From the IMG/VR virus record IMGVR_UViG_3300006737_000026: a stretch of 64,000 bases of DNA, one strand, 5' to 3'. Positions 58,781 through 64,000 of the stretch are shown here, piece by piece. The stretch comes from an uncultured virus (IMG/VR IMGVR_UViG_3300006737_000026) (lineage: Duplodnaviria > Heunggongvirae > Uroviricota > Caudoviricetes). The notes beneath the pieces are model-generated. The model was not told where the DNA came from, did no database searches, and saw only the letters and a list, made by a program, of their open reading frames with translations. Numbering within the stretch: position 1 is the first letter of the stretch; each line of letters opens with the position of its first letter. The position numbers and the translations under genes were made by a program.

Positions 58781-59079
58781 ACCCTTACTTGCAAGCAGTC
58801 AAAGCACTTGAAAATTGTGTCAAAGATGCTATGGAAAACAATGTTGATGCCAATACTCAAAGCGAGATTTGGCGACACTACCAAGGCATGAAGGCGATTG
58901 ATAAGCAAATCGGTCGTACATCCAACTACAGTATCTCTACTAGTGGTAATGATACGATTTCATTTGATTATGATGGGATTGTGGCAGGGCAACCTGTTAA
59001 CTTTTCCTCAGTCGGTCAGGATGTGATTACCTTTGGTGATTACAGTGATTACAAAAGTCAGGAGTATCGTCCTGACTAG
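58777..59079 (+). CDS. hypothetical protein
   Basis: ATGA-coupled; EIWRHYQGMKAI...GQDVITF. Confidence 0.65.
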   Translation: MNPYLQAVKALENCVKDAMENNVDANTQSEIWRHYQGMKAIDKQIGRTSNYSISTSGNDTISFDYDGIVAGQPVNFSSVGQDVITFGDYSDYKSQEYRPD

Positions 59080-59190
59080 TCTTTCCCAATAGACTTTAAA
59101 CTAGATGGGTTTTGACTGGATGACAGTCGCCTATAACCAAGGAGTTTGCTCGTTCTTCAGCAAAATGAGATGGTGGAGTCAATGACCCAT
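59076..59190 (+). ncRNA. structured RNA, wcaG/manA-motif-like
   Basis: Nested stems ATGGGT/ACCCAT, TTGACT/AGTCAA, TTTGCT/AGCAAA, plus 5' AGTCT/AGACT; intergenic and ends at a terminator. Confidence 0.55.
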
Positions 59191-59194
59191 TTAC

Positions 59195-59219
59195 AAGGAC
59201 CCATAATGGGTCCTTTTTT
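59195..59219 (+). terminator. intrinsic terminator
   Basis: AAGGACCCA-TAA-TGGGTCCTT plus a T run. Confidence 0.85.
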
Positions 59220-59251
59220 ATTGGATTCAAAATCTTAATATTTGAAAGTGC

Positions 59252-59280
59252 TTGACAATTGTAAAAAAATTATATATAAT
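59252..59280 (+). promoter_or_regulatory. sigma70-type promoter for hli
   Basis: Perfect TTGACA-17-TATAAT. Confidence 0.85.
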
Positions 59281-59303
59281 GTAACAGTTCTTCACACATT
59301 AAC

Positions 59304-59513
59304 ATGACAGTTACAACAAACGACTCAGGTCAAACAAATATGTGGGCAAGAGAAACCCAACCATGGATTTCTCAAACCGATGCAGAACGCTACGGATACC
59401 AGACACATGCTGAGAAGGCAGAACTCTGGAACGGACGTACTGCAATGATGGGTTTTGTTGCGGCCTTGATTTCTTACGCATTTACTGGTAAACTGTTTTT
59501 TGGAGTTCTCTAA
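59304..59513 (+). CDS. hli: high-light-inducible protein
   Basis: AELWNGRTAMMGF chlorophyll-binding motif plus one TM. Confidence 0.92.
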   Translation: MTVTTNDSGQTNMWARETQPWISQTDAERYGYQTHAEKAELWNGRTAMMGFVAALISYAFTGKLFFGVL

Positions 59514-59533
59514 TCCATTAAATAGATTTTACC

Positions 59534-60025
59534 ATGGCACAAATCCCTGAAGTAACTTTTCAAACCTTTGACAAGGGATGGGGTTCATTCTCATCTCTCG
59601 ACATCATCCAAGACAAAAGGATCGTTATCTTTGCACTACCTGGAGCATTCACTCCTATCTGTAGCAACCTGATGCTTCCCGCTTATGAAGAAGCATATGA
59701 TGAGATCCTTGATCAAATGATTGATGAAGTCTATTGTCTCTCTGTCAATGACTGCTTTGTTATGAACGCTTGGTTTGATCAGATGGGTATCGAAAAAGTC
59801 AAATCTATTGCTGACGGGAATGGTGAATTCACGAATGCAATGGGTATGTCGATTCCCAAGACAAATAGGGGATTCGGATTCCGTTCTTGGAGATATGCTA
59901 TGGTGGTCGATAACGGAGAAATTGAAATGACTTTTGTGGAAGACGGAAGGATGGGTAACTGTCCCTCTGATCCATACTTGGTTAGCGATCCTTCGACCGT
60001 CCTGAAGTATCTTAAGAGTAAGTAA
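59534..60025 (+). CDS. peroxiredoxin (Prx5-like)
   Basis: ALPGAFTPICS, SVNDCFVM, DGNGEFT, RSWRYAMVV. Confidence 0.9.
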   Translation: MAQIPEVTFQTFDKGWGSFSSLDIIQDKRIVIFALPGAFTPICSNLMLPAYEEAYDEILDQMIDEVYCLSVNDCFVMNAWFDQMGIEKVKSIADGNGEFTNAMGMSIPKTNRGFGFRSWRYAMVVDNGEIEMTFVEDGRMGNCPSDPYLVSDPSTVLKYLKSK

Positions 60026-60174
60026 TGCCTAATCCTGACCAACTGTACATTGATATGCAGAAGCTCGACGATATGTACGAAGAGCTACTCTGGCATCCAG
60101 ACGACGAACTACAATTTACTCACGATGGTACTCGTATCATCATCACTAACAAAACACTAGAGGAAAAACAATGA
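60025..60174 (+). CDS. hypothetical protein (49 aa)
   Basis: MPNPDQLYIDMQKLDDMYEELLWHPDDELQF...; coupled both sides. Confidence 0.6.
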   Translation: MPNPDQLYIDMQKLDDMYEELLWHPDDELQFTHDGTRIIITNKTLEEKQ

Positions 60175-60278
60175 ACGAAAACGCAGAACGCATTAATGGT
60201 TGGGCAGCAATGCTCGGCGTGATCGCAGCAATGGGATCTTATGCAACTACAGGTCAAATCATTCCTGGCATTTGGTGA
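60171..60278 (+). CDS. hli: high-light-inducible protein (35 aa)
   Basis: MNENAERINGWAAMLGVIAAMGSYATTGQIIPGIW. Confidence 0.9.
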   Translation: MNENAERINGWAAMLGVIAAMGSYATTGQIIPGIW

Positions 60279-60282
60279 TCAC

Positions 60283-60420
60283 ATGACATTAGAAGTCGGT
60301 CAAACGATCATATTTTGTTTGACACCTTTCTTTTTCATGTTACTCTTTATTCAAACAGAGGATGATGACGATCAAGGTGGTGATGGTGGGATAATGATGC
60401 CCGCCTACAGTCCAACATAA
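60283..60420 (+). CDS. small membrane protein (45 aa)
   Basis: TM followed by EDDDDQGGDGGIMMP. Confidence 0.5.
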   Translation: MTLEVGQTIIFCLTPFFFMLLFIQTEDDDDQGGDGGIMMPAYSPT

Positions 60421-60439
60421 GTTGTTTACAAAAACAATC

Positions 60440-60520
60440 ATGGCACTTTTAGTAACAGCATCAATCTTGCTTGCCACCTTCGTAGGTGGCGCGATGGCAA
60501 CGCAATCAGGAGAGGAGTAA
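60440..60520 (+). CDS. possible 26-aa single-TM peptide
   Basis: MALLVTASILLATFVGGAMATQSGEE; stop lies in the terminator loop. Confidence 0.4.
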   Translation: MALLVTASILLATFVGGAMATQSGEE

Positions 60521-60534
60521 TCCTCTCTTTTTTT
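60510..60534 (+). terminator. intrinsic terminator
   Basis: GAGAGGA-GTAA-TCCTCTC-T7. Confidence 0.8.
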
Positions 60535-60566
60535 ATACATAATTATGTTGAGAAGCAAATCAAATC

Positions 60567-60764
60567 ATGTCCAGAGATCCTAATAACACATCCCGTTGGG
60601 TTGCAACTCGTCGCACTGAGGACAAACAGATTGAGTATCTTGTGTCACATGCTACCTGGTCACCCGACAAACGATTCGCTAAGGTGTTCGATGCCCAGTC
60701 AGAGGCAAGAAAATACATGAAAGAGTCTGGACTCAAGGGCACAGTACGAAAATTCGTGCTATAA
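60567..60764 (+). CDS. hypothetical protein
   Basis: Clean ORF after the terminator. Confidence 0.6.
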   Translation: MSRDPNNTSRWVATRRTEDKQIEYLVSHATWSPDKRFAKVFDAQSEARKYMKESGLKGTVRKFVL

Positions 60765-60788
60765 TACTAGGGTAAGCACCTTCCCACT

Positions 60789-61178
60789 ATGATCTTAGAA
60801 ACAATTCTGGCTCTCAGTGCAGTTGATTATGATCACCTGGCTCGCACTGTGCAGGTAGAGGCAGCACCTAACACCATGGATGAATTCTGCGTGGCAGTAT
60901 CTGTCCTGAATCGTGTTAGATCGCCATACTACCCCAATAACGTTGCTGATGTAGTGTATGCACCTGGTCAGTATGAAGGATTCAACTACTGGAGACCTGC
61001 TGCAAAAGCATCTGTTATAAACCGTCTGAAGAATAAGGATAATCTTCTTAAAGCATATTCTATTATTGGAGATCGTACCGATTTCAAAGGACAGTCCCAA
61101 CTTCCTTGGCGTGTAGCATCGGAAGATCCGATGTGTCACGAGCGAGGTAATTTCTTTCACTATCACTGGCAATCATGA
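60789..61178 (+). CDS. cell wall hydrolase (SleB/Hydrolase_2-like)
   Basis: LARTVQVEA...VAVSVLNRV...VADVVYAPGQYE. Confidence 0.8.
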   Translation: MILETILALSAVDYDHLARTVQVEAAPNTMDEFCVAVSVLNRVRSPYYPNNVADVVYAPGQYEGFNYWRPAAKASVINRLKNKDNLLKAYSIIGDRTDFKGQSQLPWRVASEDPMCHERGNFFHYHWQS

Positions 61179-61528
61179 TCAGGATTAGAGCAATCAGAAA
61201 CCTTTTTAATCTGTCTCAACCAGAGGCAGAAGAGTATCAGGAGCAGGCAATCATCGATGTTGATGACGATGGTCTAGACTACGAAGATCAGTATTACACT
61301 GGCGTTCCTGCTGCTCCATATCTTGTTCCTGACCCTTGGTTTGGTAATGAAGCACCTCCTTATACGGAGAAGCAACTTGATTACATGGAGAAAGAAACTG
61401 AAATCAAAAAGCAAGACGAAGCACGTCGTGAAGAATCAGGTGAAGAACCTGTTAACATTCACGAAGTGATGTACGAGATTGCGACAAAGAACACCCCTGA
61501 GTTAGGTGGTTCTGAAAACCTTTTTTAG
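61175..61528 (+). CDS. acidic hypothetical protein
   Basis: ATGA-coupled ORF. Confidence 0.6.
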   Translation: MIRIRAIRNLFNLSQPEAEEYQEQAIIDVDDDGLDYEDQYYTGVPAAPYLVPDPWFGNEAPPYTEKQLDYMEKETEIKKQDEARREESGEEPVNIHEVMYEIATKNTPELGGSENLF

Positions 61529-61551
61529 GTACAACTACTCAAAATTTTCAC

Positions 61552-61585
61552 TTGACGGGTTTCCCGTACTGTGTTAATATAAATA
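61552..61585 (+). promoter_or_regulatory. overlapping sigma70 and late promoters for psbA
   Basis: TTGACG-17-TAATAT overlapped by TATAAATA (61578-61585). Confidence 0.75.
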
Positions 61586-61618
61586 CATGAACGAATGAGG
61601 GTTTCCTCACTTTCACCC

Positions 61619-61720
61619 ACGCCTCACCAAGACTAAACAGCGTGGTAAAATAATAGTCTTTCATACCTCTGCTTAGGGTGCAGAGGAATAGTAACTCCAC
61701 CATTACCCTGATGGTCTTAC
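61619..61720 (+). ncRNA. PhotoRC-II-like psbA leader RNA
   Basis: Stems AAGACTA/TAGTCTT, CCTCTGC/GCAGAGG, ACCAT/ATGGT with complementary loops TAGGGT/ACCCTG, in the psbA 5' UTR. Confidence 0.7.
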
Positions 61721-61734
61721 TTATTTCAAATACA

Positions 61735-62817
61735 ATGGCTCAAACTACTCTTACACGCCAACAGGGCGTGTCTAACTGGGAACAGTTTTGCGAGTGGGTA
61801 ACCTCAACAAACAACCGCCTCTATGTGGGTTGGTTCGGCGTGTTGATGATCCCAACTCTGCTTGCTGCTACCATTTGCTTCATCGTCGCATTCATCGCGG
61901 CTCCTCCTGTCGACATCGATGGGATTCGTGAACCAGTTGCTGGTTCTCTCATGTACGGTAACAACATCATTTCTGGTGCTGTTGTCCCTAGTTCCAACGC
62001 AATTGGACTTCACTTCTACCCCATCTGGGAAGCTGCTTCCCTAGATGAATGGTTGTACAACGGTGGTCCATATCAATTGGTAGTCTTCCACTTCCTCATT
62101 GGCGTCTTCTGCTATATGGGTCGTGAATGGGAACTGTCCTATCGTCTGGGTATGCGTCCCTGGATCTGCGTTGCCTACAGCGCACCTGTCGCTGCTGCTT
62201 CTGCAGTCTTCCTCGTTTATCCTTTCGGTCAAGGTTCTTTCTCTGATGGCATGCCTCTTGGTATCTCTGGTACTTTTAACTATATGCTTGTATTCCAAGC
62301 AGAACACAATATCCTTATGCACCCGTTCCATATGCTCGGTGTTGCTGGGGTATTCGGTGGATCTCTTTTCTCTGCTATGCATGGAAGTCTTGTTACTTCC
62401 TCACTCGTCCGCGAGACAACTGAAACAGAGAGTCAGAACTACGGTTATAAGTTCGGACAAGAGGAGGAAACCTACAACATCGTTGCTGCACACGGCTACT
62501 TCGGTCGTTTGATCTTCCAATACGCTTCATTCAACAACAGCAGAAGTCTTCACTTCTTCCTTGCTGCATGGCCTGTGATTGGTATCTGGTTTACTGCACT
62601 TGGTGTTAGCACCATGGCATTCAACCTGAACGGTTTCAACTTCAACCAGTCCATTCTGGACAACAACGGTCACGTTCTCCCCACCTGGGCAGACGTTCTG
62701 AACCGTGCTGGTCTGGGTATGGAAGTAATGCATGAGCGTAATGCTCACAACTTCCCACTCGACCTTGCTGCTGCTGAGAGCACGCCTGTCGCACTCCTGG
62801 CACCTAGCATCGGTTGA
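61735..62817 (+). CDS. psbA: photosystem II D1 protein
   Basis: NRLYVGWFG...[13 protein letters not shown]; start MAQTTL at 61735; uninterrupted. Confidence 0.99.
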   Translation: MAQTTLTRQQGVSNWEQFCEWVTSTNNRLYVGWFGVLMIPTLLAATICFIVAFIAAPPVDIDGIREPVAGSLMYGNNIISGAVVPSSNAIGLHFYPIWEAASLDEWLYNGGPYQLVVFHFLIGVFCYMGREWELSYRLGMRPWICVAYSAPVAAASAVFLVYPFGQGSFSDGMPLGISGTFNYMLVFQAEHNILMHPFHMLGVAGVFGGSLFSAMHGSLVTSSLVRETTETESQNYGYKFGQEEETYNIVAAHGYFGRLIFQYASFNNSRSLHFFLAAWPVIGIWFTALGVSTMAFNLNGFNFNQSILDNNGHVLPTWADVLNRAGLGMEVMHERNAHNFPLDLAAAESTPVALLAPSIG

Positions 62818-62835
62818 TATAGGTTACATACAACT

Positions 62836-62863
62836 AAAGGACCCTACGGGGTCCTTTCTTTTT
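62836..62863 (+). terminator. intrinsic terminator after psbA
   Basis: AAAGGACCC-TACG-GGGTCCTTT plus a T-rich tail. Confidence 0.88.
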
Positions 62864-62880
62864 CTTCATTATGTAAAGTT

Positions 62881-63111
62881 ATGTCTCACGATCTTTTAGA
62901 ATTACTTACTTATTATGTGATCGTCTCAGTTGTTTTTGTTGGCGCTCCTGGAGTCTTCCTCTTCATAGTCTTCATGCCTGCTATCCAAAACACTAAGGGA
63001 CGTATGGTTGGATATAAGGATCATAAAACATATGGTGACTCATCTACATACGAGAATACACCAAGTGATTACACCAAACACACCATACAAGTTAGCGGTT
63101 ATAATCCGTGA
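62881..63111 (+). CDS. small membrane protein between psbA and psbD
   Basis: Hydrophobic N-half (YYVIVSVVFVGAPGVFLFIVFMP) and a polar tail. Confidence 0.6.
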   Translation: MSHDLLELLTYYVIVSVVFVGAPGVFLFIVFMPAIQNTKGRMVGYKDHKTYGDSSTYENTPSDYTKHTIQVSGYNP

Positions 63112-63149
63112 TACTTGGCCACAACTCTACTATCTACAAGGAATGAAAA

Positions 63150-64000
63150 ATGGTCGCTTCAACTCTAAGTCCCCCACGGAGGGGATGGTTCGATGTCCTC
63201 GATGATTGGCTTAAACGAGATCGTTTCGTTTTTGTTGGTTGGTCTGGACTACTTCTTTTTCCCACTGCTTACCTTGCTATTGGCGGTTGGCTTACTGGCA
63301 CGACTTTCGTTACGAGCTGGTATACCCATGGACTCGCTAGTTCCTATCTTGAGGGTGCAAATTTTCTTACAGCGGCAGTTAGCACTCCAGCTGACGCTAT
63401 GGGTCATTCTCTTCTTCTTCTCTGGGGTCCTGAGGCTCAGGGGAGTTTCGTCAGGTGGGTCCAACTTGGAGGGCTTTGGACCTTTGTTGCTCTCCACGGT
63501 GCATTTGCACTAATCGGTTTCATGCTCAGGCAGTTTGAACTTGCACGTCTTATCGGTATCCGTCCCTACAATGCTATTGCTTTCAGTGGTCCTATTGCTG
63601 TTTTTGTCAGTGTATTTCTCATCTATCCTCTGGGACAGTCGTCCTGGTTCTTCGCGCCATCGTTCGGTGTCTCCGCGATCTTTAGGTTCCTTCTCTTCCT
63701 TCAAGGCTTTCATAACTGGACGCTGAACCCCTTCCATATGATGGGTGTTGCAGGTATCCTGGGAGGAGCACTTCTTTCTGCCATTCACGGAGTTACTGTT
63801 GAAAACACACTCTATGAGGATGGGGAGCAGGCAAATACTTTCAAGGCTTTTGACTCTACGCAAGAGGAGGAGACTTACTCGATGGTTACTGCGAACCGTT
63901 TCTGGTCACAGATCTTCGGTATTGCTTTTAGTAATAAGCGTTGGTTGCATTTCTTTATGCTCTTCGTTCCCGTCATGGGTCTCTGGACAAGTTCTATCGG
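63150..64000 (+). CDS. psbD: photosystem II D2 protein (partial, runs off the window)
   Basis: Manual translation [33 protein letters not shown]...[10 protein letters not shown]...[10 protein letters not shown]. Confidence 0.98.
   Translation, partial: MVASTLSPPRRGWFDVLDDWLKRDRFVFVGWSGLLLFPTAYLAIGGWLTGTTFVTSWYTHGLASSYLEGANFLTAAVSTPADAMGHSLLLLWGPEAQGSFVRWVQLGGLWTFVALHGAFALIGFMLRQFELARLIGIRPYNAIAFSGPIAVFVSVFLIYPLGQSSWFFAPSFGVSAIFRFLLFLQGFHNWTLNPFHMMGVAGILGGALLSAIHGVTVENTLYEDGEQANTFKAFDSTQEEETYSMVTANRFWSQIFGIAFSNKRWLHFFMLFVPVMGLWTSSI

Noticed and set aside
59258..59297. RpaB/HLR1 direct repeat at the hli promoter
   Set aside because: The TGTAA half sites are 20 nt apart, not the expected ~10-11-nt direct-repeat spacing.
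61678..61734. Upstream extension of psbA in the ORF track
   Set aside because: It lies within the structured leader; D1 similarity starts at ATG 61735.

Overview
This is a 64 kb segment of a T4-like marine cyanomyovirus genome, most likely a Synechococcus phage (psbA plus psbD, zwf/gnd/talC, petF, hli, one tRNA). The order is: an auxiliary-gene island (gnd 3' end, zwf, nuclease); head and tail morphogenesis g17-g23; g3, uvsY, uvsW, g55, g47, g46; a vWA/metallopeptidase and MoxR-type AAA+ ('cobS') pair; g45, speD, g44, dam, g62, regA; a convergent 7-gene membrane/secreted-protein block; hsp20, petF, g43, uvsX, g41, mazG; a ligase-like gene, a nucleotidyltransferase and probable internal head proteins; g61, nrdAB, a glutamine-riboswitch locus and talC; then tRNA-Arg, hli/prx, a cell-wall hydrolase, psbA and the 5' part of psbD. 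All calls come from reading the sequence and recognising motifs; no searches were run. The most notable observations are: (1) tandem glutamine-riboswitch-like aptamers where the second contains a complete 53-aa ORF in its P2 loop and its pseudoknot overlaps the RBS of a DUF4278-like gene; (2) an uncalled NdhP-like micro-gene wedged between gnd and zwf; (3) a ROSE-like RNA thermometer on hsp20; (4) a ligase-fold plus HxGH nucleotidyltransferase module with a T4-like capsid-targeting N-terminus; (5) a perfect NtcA box locus and a possible anti-Yfr1 tiny RNA; (6) overlapping divergent sigma70 promoters at g55; (7) an ORF that stops in a tRNA anticodon loop.
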